64,000 bases of DNA from an uncultured delta proteobacterium (GTDB lineage Bacteria > Myxococcota_A > Polyangia > Haliangiales > Haliangiaceae): assembly GCA_963774445.1 (NCBI GenBank), contig CAVZFC010000035.1, positions 69,470 through 133,469 on the forward strand. Reading direction: 5' to 3'. The notes beneath the pieces are model-generated. The model was given only the letters and a program-made list of their open reading frames with translations. It was not told the origin of the DNA and made no database searches. Numbering within the stretch: the first letter of the stretch is position 1; each line of letters starts with the position of its first letter. Shown piece after piece: positions 9,507 to 23,650 of the stretch. A program made the translations under genes and the position numbers.

Positions 9507-10216
9507 TGCGGCTCCTCGATCTCGGCGAGCTCACCTGCCGCGCGGTCGGCGGCGACGACGGCCGCGGTGGGGGCGATGGTCCGCTGGTGGTGTTGCTGCA
9601 CGGCTTCGGCGCACCCGGCGACGACCTGGTTCCGCTCGCCGACTACCTCGACGTCCCGGCCGGCACCCGCTTCCTCTTTCCCGAGGCGCCGCTGGCGATG
9701 CCATCGCTGTGGGGCGGTCGCGCCTGGTGGATGCTCGACCTCGACGCGCTCGAGGCGTCGATCGCCAGTGGCGAGGCGCGCGATCTCTCCGGCGGCATGC
9801 CCGACGGCATGGCCGAGGCGCGGGCTCAGCTGATCGCCACGCTCGAAGCGGCGTGGTCGGCGCTCCGGGCCAGTCCCGAGCGCACCGTGCTGGGCGGCTT
9901 CTCCCAGGGATCGATGCTGTCGGCCGACGTCGCTCTGGCCACCGACTGGCCCCTGGCCGGGCTGGTGCTGTTGTCGAGCACGCTGGTCGATGTCGCCAGC
10001 TGGGCCGCGCGCGCTCCCGCCCGGGCCGGGCTTCCGGTCTTCCAGAGTCATGGCGACGCCGACCCGCTGCTGCCGCCGGCGGCCGCCGAGAGGCTGCGCG
10101 ACCTCCTTTCCGATGCCGGCCTGGCGGTGGAGTGGCACCCCTTCGCCGGAGGCCACGAGATTCCCCCGCCGGTCCTGGCGGCCCTCGGTGCGTTCCTCGC
10201 CCGCACGCTGGGCTGA
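9506..10216 (+). CDS. Phospholipase/carboxylesterase family alpha/beta hydrolase
   Basis: …LLHGFGAPGDDLVPLA… GFSQGSM (GxSxG) … HGDADPLLP is typical of esterase/PLP-family proteins. The ATG overlaps the upstream stop (TGATG). Confidence 0.8.
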   Translation: MRLLDLGELTCRAVGGDDGRGGGDGPLVVLLHGFGAPGDDLVPLADYLDVPAGTRFLFPEAPLAMPSLWGGRAWWMLDLDALEASIASGEARDLSGGMPDGMAEARAQLIATLEAAWSALRASPERTVLGGFSQGSMLSADVALATDWPLAGLVLLSSTLVDVASWAARAPARAGLPVFQSHGDADPLLPPAAAERLRDLLSDAGLAVEWHPFAGGHEIPPPVLAALGAFLARTLG

Positions 10217-10319
10217 ATCACCGCGATTGCCGCGGCGCGAGGGCGCTGGCGCAGCCAACCAGGAGCGCGAGAAGATCGGCACGCTGGTCATCCGTCAACA
10301 GGTTGGCGATACTCGACGA

Positions 10320-10927
10320 ATGGACGCTCCCTACGAGCCGCCGCCGGCCCCGCCGAAGAAGGAAAGCAAGAGCTACACCTGGGTGGTCGTGATCGCCGTG
10401 GCGGTCCTTCTGGCTATTAGCTTCTTCGTGATGCGGGCGCTGAAGCCCAAGGCGGTTGGCGCGATGAATCTGCGCACGACCAACCTGCCGGGCCTGACCA
10501 TCGATCTGCCCCCGGCAAGGTCGTCAAGGAGTCCACGAAAGAGCGGAGCTCCGGCGAGTACACGGTTCGCCAGCTCGGCCTGAAGAGCACCATCGTCAGT
10601 GTCGGCTGGGGGCACGGCACGGGGATGGCCGAGGAGGACGCGCGCTCGGTCGCCCAGTCGTTCATCGACGGCATGGACCACGACGATGGTGAGGTGACCA
10701 GGTCGCGCCAGCGGCAGGTCAACGGCCACGACGCCTGGGTTACTCTCGGCCACAGCGGCGTGCTCGCAGTCGCGACCATCAGCTGGTACTGCGACCAGGA
10801 TCAGCGCACCATCCACGTGTTGGTCGCGACCAGCGCGGGGGCCGACCAGGTCAACACGTTGGCCGACCGCATCGCCGACAGCGTGCACTGCCACGTCGCC
10901 GACAACGCACCGACGCCGCAACAGTGA
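10320..10927 (+). CDS. hypothetical membrane-anchored protein, frame break at a C5 run (~10510)
   Basis: N-terminal TM helix (WVVVIAVAVLLAISFF) in one frame. Continuation (…PGKVVKESTKERSSGEYTVRQLGL…MAEEDARSVAQSF…) in ORF 10625..10927 after a -1 shift. Confidence 0.45.
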
Positions 10928-10937
10928 GCCGCGGGCG

Positions 10938-11813
10938 CTAGCTGCGCCAGCGCTGGACGCGGGCGACCAGGTCGCGGTCGCCGAGGCGCTCGCACAGGGC
11001 GGAGAGAGCGTCGCGGTCGGCGCCGCGCCAGGCGAGGGCGTCAACATCTTCGTCGAGGGGGACGTCTTCGCGCAGGATGGCCAGGGCGCGGTAGAGGCGG
11101 GCGTCGTCGCGGCGCTCAGCCAGGGTGGCGGCCAGGCCGGCGGCGCCGCGGACCTTGACGTCCCAGTCGGCGGCGTCGTCGGGGATGTTCTCGAGGGTGC
11201 CGTAGCGAGACAGCACGGTGGAGGTCGACTTGGCGCCCCAGCGGGGCAGGCCGGGGATGCCGTCGGCGGTGTCGCCGACCAGCGCCAGGTAGTCGGGCAC
11301 CGACGCCGGTGGGACGCCGAGTCGGTCGACGACGCCGGCCTCGCCGCGGACGATGTCGCGCATTCGATCCCAGGTGACCACGCGGTCGCCGCGGACGCAC
11401 TGCGACAGGTCTTTGTCAGGGGAGCAGATCACGACGCGGTCGACGCGCGGGTCGGCGGCCGCGATGGCGGCGGCGGCGGCCAGGGCGTCGTCGGCTTCGA
11501 ACTCGACCATCGGCCAGACGACCAGGCCGAGGGCCCGCGTGATCTCCTCGGCCAGCTCGAACTGATCGCGCAGGGCCGGCTCGATCCCTTCGCCGGTCTT
11601 GTAGCCGGCGAACAGCTCGTTGCGGAACGACTCGATGACGTGGTCGTAGGCGACGCCGACGTGAGTGACTGCCGGATCGCGCAAGAGCGACAGCAGCGAG
11701 CGGGCCAGGGCGCGGGTCGCGCCGACCTCGCGGCCGTCGGGCGCGATCGACGATGGCGCGCCGTAATAGGCGCGAAACAGCTCGTACGTGCCGTCGACCA
11801 GGTGGACGTTCAC
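10938..11813 (-). CDS. 5'-3' exonuclease (FEN/Pol I N-terminal-like; Xni/ExoIX-type)
   Basis: VNVHLVDGTYELFRAYYG… and …LVGDTADGIPGLPRWGAKS are 5'-3' exonuclease motifs. A GTG start is inferred at about 11813. Confidence 0.7.
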   Translation of the reverse strand: MNVHLVDGTYELFRAYYGAPSSIAPDGREVGATRALARSLLSLLRDPAVTHVGVAYDHVIESFRNELFAGYKTGEGIEPALRDQFELAEEITRALGLVVWPMVEFEADDALAAAAAIAAADPRVDRVVICSPDKDLSQCVRGDRVVTWDRMRDIVRGEAGVVDRLGVPPASVPDYLALVGDTADGIPGLPRWGAKSTSTVLSRYGTLENIPDDAADWDVKVRGAAGLAATLAERRDDARLYRALAILREDVPLDEDVDALAWRGADRDALSALCERLGDRDLVARVQRWRS

Positions 11814-11891
11814 GGCCGGACCGTACCATCTGACAGCCTCCGTCAGCCGGGAGGGCTGCACGGTCGGCGGAAACCGAGTAAACCAGGCGGC

Positions 11892-13766
11892 ATGAGCCCG
11901 GCACCTCTGCTCCGCGTGCGCGTTCTCATCGTCTCGCTCCTGGTCGGTTGCAGCAGCAGCGCGCCGCGGGCGGCGCCGGCGACTCCTGCGGCGGTCGCGT
12001 CTGCCGCAGCCCCGCCCGACGCGGGCGCCGCGGCGCCGCTGGCGGACCAGGCGGTGGCCGGAGCGACCGACCCGGCGCTGCGCGCGCTCCTGGCCGACCA
12101 CTGGGATGCGACGATGCATCGGTATCCCACCTGGGCGACCGAGCTCGGCGATCATCGCTTCGACGACCAGCTCAGCGATCGTTCCGACGCCGCGGTGCGC
12201 GCCTGGTACGAGACCGAGCGAGGCTTCCTCGTGCGCGCACGCGCCATCGAACCGTCGACGCTCGCCCCCGACGATCGCACCATCTGGACGCTGTTCGTCG
12301 AGCAGCTCGAGGCCGATGTCGGTACCGAGGTGTGCGCGTCGCACCTGTGGAACGTCTCGGCGTTCGACAATGCGGTGTCGTCGGTGTCAACCTTGCCGCT
12401 GGTCCACGTCGTCCGCGGTGCCCGGGATGCGCAGACGCTGGTCGGCCGGTACCGGCAGATTCCCGCGGCGGTCAACGCCGAGATCGCCAACCTGAAGCTG
12501 GGGCTGGCGCGTGGGCTCACGCCGGGCGCCGAAGAGCTGAAGCGGGCGATCGCGCTGGTCGACCGGCAGCTGGCCACGCCGGTCGACAAGTGGCAGCTGG
12601 CCAAACCGGCCACGTCACCGCCGCACGGGCTTGATCAGGCGGTCGCCGCGCGGCTGCACGACTACATCCTGGCGGTGCTGCGCGATCAGGTTCGTCCGGC
12701 GTTCACCCGCTATCGTGACTTCCTGAAGAGCGCTGAGGTTCCCGGCGCGCGCGGCGCCAGCGCCGAGGGGCTGGGCTCGCTGCCCGGTGGCGCCGCCTGC
12801 TACGCCGCCGACATCCGCAGCTACACCGGGCTCGAGCGCACCCCCGAGGAGCTACACAAGCTGGGCCTGGAGGAGATCGCGCGGACCGACAAGGAGCTGG
12901 CCGCGCTGGGCAAGAAACTGTTCGGCACCGCGTCGCTGCCGGCGATCTTCGAGCACCTGCGGACGGACAAGAAGCTCCACTTCGACAACGCTGACGAGAT
13001 GATGAAGGTCGCGCGCTTCGCGCTGGCCGCGGCGCAGGCGGCGGTGCCGAAATACTTCGGCATTCAGCCCAAGGAAAAGTGCGTGGTCCGCGCCATCCCG
13101 GAGGTCGAGGCGCCGTTTCAGACCATCGCCTACTATCGCCAGCCCCACGGCGACGGCTCGGCGCCGGGCGAGTTCTATCTCAACACCTACGAGCCGCAGA
13201 GCCGACCGCGCTTCGAGATGGAGGTGCTGGTCCACCACGAGGCGGTGCCCGGACATCACCTGCAGATCGCCATCGCGCAGGAGCGCCCGGCCCTGCCGGC
13301 GTTCATCCGCTACGCCGGATTGACCGCCTTCGTCGAGGGCTGGGCGCTGTACGCCGAGCGGCTGTCGGACGAGATGGGTCTATACACCGGTGACCTCGAT
13401 CGCGTCGGCATGGTCAGCTACGACGCCTGGCGGGCGGCGCGGCTGGTGGTCAACACGGGAATCCACTCGATGGGCTGGAGCCGGGCCAAGGCCGAGGCGT
13501 TCATGCACGACCACACCGCGCTGGCCGACAACAACATCAGCAACGAGGTCAACCGCTACATCGCGTGGCCCGGCCAGGCACTGGCGTACAAGGTCGGCCA
13601 GCTGGAGATCCTCCGGCTGCGCGAGGACGCGAAGAAGCGGCTGGGCGACCGCTTCGACCTGCGCGAGTTCCACGACGTGGTGCTCGGTTGGGGCGCGGTG
13701 ACGCTGCCGGTGCTGGCCGACCGGGTCAACGCGTGGGTCACGGCGAAGCTCGGATCCGCTCGATGA
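11892..13766 (+). CDS. DUF885 family lipoprotein (metallopeptidase-like)
   Basis: Signal peptide with lipobox (LLVGC). [10 protein letters not shown] motif characteristic of DUF885. Confidence 0.8.
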   Translation: MSPAPLLRVRVLIVSLLVGCSSSAPRAAPATPAAVASAAAPPDAGAAAPLADQAVAGATDPALRALLADHWDATMHRYPTWATELGDHRFDDQLSDRSDAAVRAWYETERGFLVRARAIEPSTLAPDDRTIWTLFVEQLEADVGTEVCASHLWNVSAFDNAVSSVSTLPLVHVVRGARDAQTLVGRYRQIPAAVNAEIANLKLGLARGLTPGAEELKRAIALVDRQLATPVDKWQLAKPATSPPHGLDQAVAARLHDYILAVLRDQVRPAFTRYRDFLKSAEVPGARGASAEGLGSLPGGAACYAADIRSYTGLERTPEELHKLGLEEIARTDKELAALGKKLFGTASLPAIFEHLRTDKKLHFDNADEMMKVARFALAAAQAAVPKYFGIQPKEKCVVRAIPEVEAPFQTIAYYRQPHGDGSAPGEFYLNTYEPQSRPRFEMEVLVHHEAVPGHHLQIAIAQERPALPAFIRYAGLTAFVEGWALYAERLSDEMGLYTGDLDRVGMVSYDAWRAARLVVNTGIHSMGWSRAKAEAFMHDHTALADNNISNEVNRYIAWPGQALAYKVGQLEILRLREDAKKRLGDRFDLREFHDVVLGWGAVTLPVLADRVNAWVTAKLGSAR

Positions 13767-15306
13767 CGCGCTGGGCGCGGGCTCGCTGCTTGGGGCTGCG
13801 CGTGCTGCCAGTGAGCTCTTCGAGGTAGGGCAGGGCGGGAGCGCCGACGTCGCGGGCAAGGAAGTCGGCGGCCAGTGGGTGCGAGCTCTCGCTCGACAGC
13901 GCGCGCAGGACGTCGCGAATGAGCTGCTCGTTCGAGGCCAGCGACGGGTCGATAGCCAGGGCGTCGCGGTAGGTCTCGATCGCGCGCGGCCACCACGGGC
14001 GTTCGATGTAGGCGTGGGCCAGGGCCAGATGCACGCCGGCGTGCTGCGGGTGGGCGCGGGCGAGATCTTCGAGGGCGCGCGAGCCGGCGCGGTTGTCGCG
14101 CTCGGCCAGAGCGACCGCGGCAGCCAGACCGGGGAGGTCGGCGGTGTCGCGATCGGGCGCGGGGTGATGTGCCGAGCTGGAGCCGCCGCGATGCGCGGTG
14201 GCGGCGATCAGCGAGACGAGGAGGACGAAGCCGACCACGGCGGCGGCGATCCAGAGGTTGCGCGTGCGGGTGGTCGCGGGGGCGTGGGCGGGGACGAGGG
14301 AGGGCACGGGGGTGCGCGAGGGGGACGGCGCGCGCGGACGGACCGGCGACGGCGAGGACACCGGTGCCGAGGGCGGCGGCGCGGACGCCGAGGGCGCCGA
14401 GGGCACGGATGCCGAAGGCGACGGGGGCCGAGGATGCGCGGCGCCCTCGCCGGCTCCGCGGGGGAGTGCCGGGGAGGGGGCTGCGGCCGCCATCGCCGCC
14501 CGCAGCGCCGTGGCCATCTCCGCCGCCGAGGCAAACCGGTCGTTCGGATCGACCGCCATCGCCCGATGCACGACCGCCTCCAGCGCCGGCGGCGCCTCGG
14601 GCAGCGGCGGGCGCGGGGCGTCGCGGTGCATGCGCAGCACCTCGAGCTTGTTGGTGCTCTCGAACGGCTTGTCGCCGGTGATCATGTAGTGGATCAGCAC
14701 CCCGACCGCGTACAGATCCGTCCGCGCGTTGACCTCACCACCGAAAGCCTGCTCCGGCGCCATGTACGACGGCGTTCCGATCGCCATCCCCGCGGTCAGG
14801 TTGGGGTGGTCGGCCGCCAGCTTGGCCACGCCGAAGTCGAGAATCTGCACCTCGTCGGCGAAGCCGGTCACCTCCCGCACCATCACGTTTCCCGGCTTGA
14901 TGTCGCGGTGGATGATCCCCTGCTCGTGCGCGTGAGCCAGTCCGGCCAGCACGCTGCCGGCGATCGCGGCGGCGCGTGCGGGCGGCAGTGGGCCGTCGTC
15001 GAGCAGGTAGGACAGCGGTTGGCCCTTGACCAGATCCATCACCAGGTAGGGCACGCCGTCGTGCACGCCGAAGTCGGTCACGCCCACGCAGTTGGGATGG
15101 TGCAGGCGACTCATCGCCCGCGCCTCGACCTCGAAGCGCCCGCGCGCTTCGTCGGCCTCCGCGGTCCAGCCCTGGAGAAATTTGATCGCGACTTCGCGGC
15201 CCAGCGTGATCCGCTCGCCGCGGTAGACGATGCCCATGCCGCCACGGGCGAGCTCTCCGGTGATCCGGTAGCGTCCCTGCAGGATCTCGCCGTCCAGCGA
15301 GCTCAT
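13738..15306 (-). CDS. Serine/threonine protein kinase with Pro-rich linker, TM segment and C-terminal TPR-like domain
   Basis: [14 protein letters not shown]…VAIKFL…HRDIKPGN…DFG motifs, then a poly-Pro/Ser region, a TM segment and a TPR-like domain. Confidence 0.9.
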   Translation of the reverse strand: MSSLDGEILQGRYRITGELARGGMGIVYRGERITLGREVAIKFLQGWTAEADEARGRFEVEARAMSRLHHPNCVGVTDFGVHDGVPYLVMDLVKGQPLSYLLDDGPLPPARAAAIAGSVLAGLAHAHEQGIIHRDIKPGNVMVREVTGFADEVQILDFGVAKLAADHPNLTAGMAIGTPSYMAPEQAFGGEVNARTDLYAVGVLIHYMITGDKPFESTNKLEVLRMHRDAPRPPLPEAPPALEAVVHRAMAVDPNDRFASAAEMATALRAAMAAAAPSPALPRGAGEGAAHPRPPSPSASVPSAPSASAPPPSAPVSSPSPVRPRAPSPSRTPVPSLVPAHAPATTRTRNLWIAAAVVGFVLLVSLIAATAHRGGSSSAHHPAPDRDTADLPGLAAAVALAERDNRAGSRALEDLARAHPQHAGVHLALAHAYIERPWWPRAIETYRDALAIDPSLASNEQLIRDVLRALSSESSHPLAADFLARDVGAPALPYLEELTGSTRSPKQRARAQRVIERIRASP

Positions 15307-15313
15307 CTACCGG

Positions 15314-15853
15314 CTACTTCATCACCTGTGCCAGCGCGTTCTCGAGCTCCGCCTTGTTGGGCGGGCGCCGCTCGGCCCGGCGGAACGCGCGGACCTGGGC
15401 GCCAGCGCTGTCGAAGAGGAACAGCGATGGCACCTTGGGCACACCGCCCAGAGCCGAGAGAATGGCGTCGTCGGCGCGCACCACCGTGAGCCACGGGTGC
15501 TCGGTGCCGAGGAACTTCTCCAGCTTGGTCTGGTTGGAGATGTCGTCCCAGTCCTCGTAGGCGTTGACGCCGATGACCCGCAGGCCCGGCTTCTCGCTGG
15601 CCAGCTGGCGCAGCATGCCCAGCTCGTGGCGGCACGGTCCACACCAGGAGGCGAACACCACCACGATCGTCGCGCTCGCCGGCGCGGCCGCGATTGCCTT
15701 TCCGTGGATGTCGGTGTGCGCAAGCACGCTGCGGTAGCCGGGATCCTCGACCTTCGGGCTCGGCTGTTTCGCCGCGCTGCTGCCGTGTCCGGTACACGCC
15801 ATCACGCCAGCGGCCAGGGCCAGCGCGCTCAAACGGGAGAAGCGATTTTGCAC
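15314..15853 (-). CDS. TlpA-like thiol-disulfide oxidoreductase (thioredoxin fold) lipoprotein
   Basis: WCGPC active site. Signal peptide with lipobox. Confidence 0.85.
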   Translation of the reverse strand: MQNRFSRLSALALAAGVMACTGHGSSAAKQPSPKVEDPGYRSVLAHTDIHGKAIAAAPASATIVVVFASWCGPCRHELGMLRQLASEKPGLRVIGVNAYEDWDDISNQTKLEKFLGTEHPWLTVVRADDAILSALGGVPKVPSLFLFDSAGAQVRAFRRAERRPPNKAELENALAQVMK

Positions 15854-15897
15854 CCCTATGGTGTACGGTAGGCGCCGACTTTTTCCAAGAGGACACG

Positions 15898-16715
15898 ATG
15901 GGCCGATTCGAGGGAAAGACCGTAATCATTACCGGCGCATCGGCGGGGATCGGCGAGGCGGCTGCCCGCCGCTTCGCCGCGGAGGGGGCGCGGCTGGCGC
16001 TGGCGGCCCGCGGCGCCGAGGCCCTGGAGCGGCTGGCCGGGGAGCTGGCGTCGTCCGGCGCCGAGGTCATCGCGGTGCCGACCGACGTCACCGACGACGA
16101 TGCCTGCGCCGCGCTGATCGAGCGAGCCCAGTCGAATCTCGGTGGCGTGAACGTGCTGGTCAACAACGCCGGCGCTCACGTCCGCGGCGGGTTCGAAGAG
16201 AACGACCCCGAGGCCCTGGCGCGCATGGTTGACGTCAACCTGCGCGCGCCGGTCTTGCTCACTCGGCTGGCGCTGCCGTACCTCCGGCGCAGCGGCGGCG
16301 GCGCGGTGGTCAACGTCGCGTCGCTGGCCGGGCGGGTGCCGCTGGCCGACGCCGCGGTCTACTCGGCGACCAAGTTCGGGCTGCGCGCCTTCAGCCTGGC
16401 GATGTCGGACGAGCTGGCCGGCAGCGGCATCACCGTTTCGGCGGTGTCTCCCGGTCCGGTCGACACCGGCTTCATCATGGACGACATCGACGGCGTCTCC
16501 GACATCGTCTTCGCCCAGCCGATGAGCAGCGCCGACGACATCGCCCGGCTCATCGTCGACTGCGCGGCCGACGGCCGGCCGGAGCGGATGACGCCGCGGT
16601 CATCCGGCTACCTGGCGACCCTCGGCTACCTGATGCCCGGGTTGCGCCGGGTGCTGCGGCCGCTGATGCAAGCGCGTGGCCGGCGGGCCAAGGATCGCTA
16701 CCGCGACCGCGCGCG

Positions 16716-16719
<4 letters not shown>
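15898..16719 (+). CDS. Short-chain dehydrogenase/reductase (SDR)
   Basis: TGASAGIG Rossmann motif, NNAG, and YSATK catalytic tetrad. Confidence 0.9.
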
Positions 16720-18032
<1,313 letters not shown>

Positions 18033-18139
18033 ATGGTTGAAATTGCCACGGCAAGATACATCATACGAAGTCTATCCACGGGGATCTCCCACCTCCGAAG
18101 CATTTCGAAATTTAGGGATTTTTATGCGAGATGGCGCCG

Positions 18140-18155
18140 TGGCACGCCGTTCGCT
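18140..18155 (+). promoter_or_regulatory. Candidate sigma-54 (-24/-12) promoter TGGCAC-N5-TCGC upstream of the NfeD-flotillin operon
   Basis: TGGCACgccgtTCGCt against the TGGCAC-N5-TTGCW consensus. It lies about 65 bp upstream of the NfeD ATG, in an AT-rich divergent intergenic region next to the bEBP gene. Confidence 0.45.
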
Positions 18156-18220
18156 TATCAAACGAGTGACAATACGCCCCGGGCTCCCGGGGGTAGGGAT
18201 TTGGAAAGGAGGAGTCCAAC

Positions 18221-18871
18221 ATGCTGGTCCTTTATGTGGTGGCGCTCGGATTGGGCGGAACGCTGCTCGCGGCGTCGCTGGTTCTGGGCGGCGATCACGA
18301 GGGCGACGTCGATGGCGGCGCGCCCGAGCTGAGTGCCGATGCCGATGCCGATGCCGGTGGCGCGGATGTTGACCACGAGGTTGACCATGCCATCGGCGCG
18401 CACGACACCGACGACGCCGGGCACGCTGCGTTCGACGCCGTCACGAGCTGGCTGCCGTTCGCCTCGGTCCGTTTCTGGACCTTCTTCCTGGCCTTCTTCG
18501 GCCTGACCGGCACCACTCTCGTGGTCGGCGACCTGTCGCACAACCAGCCGCTGATCGCCGGTCTTTCGATCGGCGTCGGCTACCTGTCGGGGATGAGCAT
18601 CGTCACCGTGCTGCGCCGCCTGCGGTCGCAGCGCGCCGATTCCAACCTGGACAGGGAAGATTACATCGGCGCCACCGGTACGGTGGTGTTGCGGGTGGCC
18701 AAGGGTCACACCGGAAAGATCCGCCTCGAGCTCAAGGGGCGGATCGTCGAGCTCATCGCCGACACCGAGGAAGAGCCGGTTTCGTTCGAGATCAAGGATC
18801 GGGTGATGGTCTACGGCATCACCGAGGATGGGCGGGCGATCGTGACCCGCACCGAGGAGGCGGACGCGTAG
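18221..18871 (+). CDS. NfeD-like membrane protein (YuaF/short NfeD, OB-fold C-terminus)
   Basis: Strong RBS (aaggaggag). Two N-terminal TM helices, an acidic linker, and a C-terminal OB-like beta domain. It sits upstream of the flotillins. Confidence 0.75.
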   Translation: MLVLYVVALGLGGTLLAASLVLGGDHEGDVDGGAPELSADADADAGGADVDHEVDHAIGAHDTDDAGHAAFDAVTSWLPFASVRFWTFFLAFFGLTGTTLVVGDLSHNQPLIAGLSIGVGYLSGMSIVTVLRRLRSQRADSNLDREDYIGATGTVVLRVAKGHTGKIRLELKGRIVELIADTEEEPVSFEIKDRVMVYGITEDGRAIVTRTEEADA

Positions 18872-18891
18872 TCCGCCGTGAAGGAGGAGAT

Positions 18892-20252
<1,361 letters not shown>

Positions 20253-20256
<4 letters not shown>

Positions 20257-21554
20257 TTGCCGCCCTCGCCATCATCATCGTCTTTGCCGCGCTGTGCATG
20301 TTCATCATCGTCACGCGGCTCATCCACATCTGTCCGCCCAACCAGGTGCTCATCTTCTACGGCAAGAGCCACAACGACACGCAGGGCTCGCGCGGCTATC
20401 GTCTGATCCAGGGTGGCCGTGGCGCCCGCGTGCCGCTGTTCGAGCGGGTCGAGCGGATGGACCTGACCAACATGATCATCGACATCAAGGTCAAGGGTGC
20501 CTACTCCAAGGGCGGCATCCCGCTCAACGTCGAGGGCGTGGCCAACGTCAAGATCGCCTCGACCCAGCCGACCATCGGCAACGCCATCGAGCGCTTCCTG
20601 GGCAAAGGCCGCGAGGAGATCATGGGCGTGTCGCGCGAGACGCTGGAAGGCAACCTGCGCGGCGTGCTGGCGACGCTGACCCCGGAAGAGGTCAACCAGG
20701 ACCGGGTCAAGTTCGCCGACAGCCTGCTCCACGAGGCCGACGTCGACCTGCGCATCCTCGGGCTCGAGCTCGACACCTTGAAAATCCAGCACGTCTCGGA
20801 CGACAAGGGCTACCTCGACTCGATCGGCCGCAAGCAGAGCGCCGAGCTGCTGATGCGCTCGCGCGTCGCCGAGGCCGAGAACAAGGCGCTGGCCGCCCAG
20901 CGCTCGGCCGAGAACATCCAGAACCAGGAGATGGCCAGGATCGACGCCGACATCGCCGAGGCCAAGGCCGAGGCGCAGCGGCGCATCCTCGACGCGCAGA
21001 CCAAGAAGGACGCCATGATCGCCGAGGAGCAGTCCAAGGTGACCTCGGCGGTCGCCCGCGCCGAGGCCGAGCTGAAGGTGCAGGAGGCGCGCATGTCGCA
21101 GGTGCGGCTGCAGCTCCTGGCCGATCAGATCAAGCCGGCCGAGGCTGCCCGCGCGCAGATGGAGGAGGACGCACGCGGCGCCGCCGCCTACATCATCGAG
21201 GAGGGCAAGGCGACCGCCGACGCCCTGCGCACGATCGGCCAGACCTGGGCCGCCTCCGGCGACAACGCCCGGCAGATCTTCGTCGCGCAGAAGCTCAGCG
21301 CGCTGATCGGTCACCTGATGAGCACGGTGGACAACACCGCGATCGACAAGGTCACCATGATCGACCGCACGCTGTCGGGCGGCGACAACCTGGCCGTCCG
21401 TGCCGCGGTGACCAACGAGCAGCTCAAGCACACGATGGGGGTCGACCTCAGTGAGCTGCTGCGCAAGCTGGGCGCCAAGACCACCGATGCCCTGTCTCCG
21501 GTCCAGGCGGTCGGCGGCGCTGTGCCGCCCCCGGCACCCCGTCGTTCGCGTTAG
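20253..21554 (+). CDS. Flotillin / SPFH (band 7) domain protein (paralog)
   Basis: Paralog of the upstream gene with the same architecture. 4-nt overlap. Confidence 0.85.
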
Positions 21555-22588
21555 AGCGACAACCCGACGCGGCGGCGGGCTACCACGCAGTGGCCCCCGC
21601 CGCGCTCGAACTCCCGGCACGGGCGCGGGCGCTCCTGGTAGATGATGCAGCGGTAGCGGTCGAGGGCGCCGCCGGCGGCGCTCTCGCCGCCGGCCAGGCA
21701 GGCGCAGCGGTCACCGACCCTGCGGATCTCGAGGTAGTCTCCGCGGTCGACCACCAGCGCCGGGTGTGCGCGCACCACCGGGTCGCGGCGTGAGATGGTG
21801 ACCGAGTGATAGGCGGCGCGGCAGCAGGCGCCGCAGGTCTGGCAGTCGAGCTCGGCCTCGAAACGCTCGCACGCCGGCCAGCTCGCATCGATCCGGGCGC
21901 CGTCGACCTGGCGGCAGCGGTCGACCGGCTTGCCGCTGCCGCCGCGGTAGTGCCAGGCGCAGTCGCCGCAGGTGACGCCGCCGCAGGCGCGCGGGCGCAG
22001 CCCGGTCGGGTGGGCCTCTGGTCGCGGATCGATCAGTGTCCACAGCGAGTCGCCGCGCGCACGTGGCGCCACCTGCGCGGCGACTGCGGCGGTCGCGGCC
22101 AGCGCCTCGTGCAGGTGTGGTCCCCACGGCGGGTGGTCCGAGCGGCGCGCGGCGGCGACGGCCTCGCCGGTCTCCGTCAGGTGGCGCGGAGTGAGCGGAT
22201 CGTCCGGCAGCGCGTCGTAGTAGTCGCGAAAGTCGGTGGTCGGCGCCAGCGCGCGGCGCAGGCCGTAGCCACCGGCCAGGTGCGCCTGTAGCCGCAGGCA
22301 GGCGTGCTCGCGCGGGACGTGGCGGTCGGACTCGTTGTCCAGGCCCCAGTCGCTGCGGGCGAACGACTCGGGCCCCTCGATCAGCGAGTGGCACAGCTCG
22401 TGGAAGATCATCTGTGCCACGCAGTCGTCTGGATCGAGGTCGTGTGACGCCAGGCGCAGGCGTCCGGCGCCGTCGGTTGACGCGTAGACGTCGGGCGCGC
22501 GCTCGACGCGCAGGCCGACGCGCTCGGCGCAGGTCAGCCAGATCTCGTCGAGCGGATCGACGTAGCGATGGCTCGGCTCGCGGCTCAC
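21551..22588 (-). CDS. hypothetical protein with HExxH-like motif and C-terminal YkgJ-type Cys-cluster (CxxCxxCC) domain
   Basis: Inferred GTG start overlapping the upstream stop (GTGA). FHELCH motif. C-terminal CQTCGACCR…CACL…CIIY Cys cluster typical of UPF0153/YkgJ. The longer listed ORF is an R-rich shadow. Confidence 0.55.
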   Translation of the reverse strand: MSREPSHRYVDPLDEIWLTCAERVGLRVERAPDVYASTDGAGRLRLASHDLDPDDCVAQMIFHELCHSLIEGPESFARSDWGLDNESDRHVPREHACLRLQAHLAGGYGLRRALAPTTDFRDYYDALPDDPLTPRHLTETGEAVAAARRSDHPPWGPHLHEALAATAAVAAQVAPRARGDSLWTLIDPRPEAHPTGLRPRACGGVTCGDCAWHYRGGSGKPVDRCRQVDGARIDASWPACERFEAELDCQTCGACCRAAYHSVTISRRDPVVRAHPALVVDRGDYLEIRRVGDRCACLAGGESAAGGALDRYRCIIYQERPRPCREFERGGGHCVVARRRVGLSL

Positions 22589-23400
22589 TTGCCCTTGTAC
22601 GACGGCGGCCGCTTGGCCGCGAACGCCGCCATCGCCTCGCCCAGATCCTCGGAGGCGAGGAAGGCGCTGTTCCAGGTGGCCACGTAGTCCAGCCCCTCGG
22701 CGACGCTCTTGCCCTCGCCGTGGTCGAGCACCTCCTTGACGCCGCGCACGGTCAGCGGCGGGTTGGCCGCGATCTCGTGAGCCATCGCCATGGCTCCGGC
22801 GTAGGTTGCTTCGGCGTTCTCGTAGACGGCGTTGACCAGGCCGAGCTGTAGCGCGCGATCGGCGTTGACGTCCTTGCCGGTGAACGCCAGCTCCCGCGTC
22901 GCGCCTTTTCCGATGATCGGCGGTAGCCGCTGGAGGCTGCCCAGGTCGGCGACGATCGCGATCTTGGTCTCGCGCAGGGAGAAGAGCGCGTCGCGCGAGC
23001 AGACCCGGAGGTCGCACGCCGCAGCCAGATCGAGGCCGCCGCCGATGCACCAGCCGTGGATCGCGGCGATGACCGGCACCGGGCAAGCCGCGACCTCGGT
23101 GAACGAGCGCTGCAGCTTGCGGATCAGCGCCAGGAGCTCGCTGCGCGGGCCTGCGGTGCCGCCGCCGCCGAGGTGCGGGCCGAGGTCGGAGAACGCCGCC
23201 CGCAGATCGAGGCCGTAGCTGAACGCCTTGCCCGCGGCGCGGATCACCACCGCCCGCAGCTCCCGATCGGCGGCCAGGCCGCGGAAGAGATCCTCACACT
23301 CGGCGAAGAAGGCCGCCGGCATGGTCGGTTTCTCCAGCGTTACCGTGACCACGAAGCCGTCGCGCGCGAGCGAAATCTGTTCCGACATGGACGGCATCAT
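22585..23400 (-). CDS. Enoyl-CoA hydratase/isomerase (crotonase) family
   Basis: Crotonase fold motifs (…AAIHGWCIGGGLDLAAACDLR…). Start taken at MMPSMSEQ. Confidence 0.85.
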   Translation of the reverse strand: MMPSMSEQISLARDGFVVTVTLEKPTMPAAFFAECEDLFRGLAADRELRAVVIRAAGKAFSYGLDLRAAFSDLGPHLGGGGTAGPRSELLALIRKLQRSFTEVAACPVPVIAAIHGWCIGGGLDLAAACDLRVCSRDALFSLRETKIAIVADLGSLQRLPPIIGKGATRELAFTGKDVNADRALQLGLVNAVYENAEATYAGAMAMAHEIAANPPLTVRGVKEVLDHGEGKSVAEGLDYVATWNSAFLASEDLGEAMAAFAAKRPPSYKGK

Positions 23401-23491
23401 GACACACGCGGGACAGGGCCAGGAGCGGTGGCTCCGCGGTTCTATCCGCGCTAATCTGCTGGCAAAATGCCGCAGGGGGAAGTCAGCGCCC

Positions 23492-23650
23492 ATGCCTGGG
23501 CTCGGCTCGGCGCGCCGGGGGGGCGTCGTCGACGGCCGCTATCGGCTCGAGCGGCTGCTCGGTGCCGGCGGCTTCGGCGAGGTGTGGCGCGCCACCCAGG
23601 AGGTCGAGGGCGCGGTCGTCAGGCCGGTCGCGCTGAAGCCGGCGCCGACG
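23492..23650 (+). pseudogene. Remnant of a Ser/Thr kinase N-lobe (G-loop plus VAxK only)
   Basis: YRLERLLGAGGFGEVWRAT…VALK matches kinase subdomains I-II. The frame then degenerates. Confidence 0.3.

Noticed and set aside
13879-15489. 536-aa plus-strand ORF
   Set aside because: Antisense to the Ser/Thr kinase and TlpA genes. Arg/Gly-rich nonsense composition.
21551-23086. Full 511-aa extent of the minus-strand ORF
   Set aside because: The 5' 166 codons overlap the enoyl-CoA hydratase gene in another frame and are R-rich. The real gene most likely starts at the GTG overlapping the upstream stop (22588).
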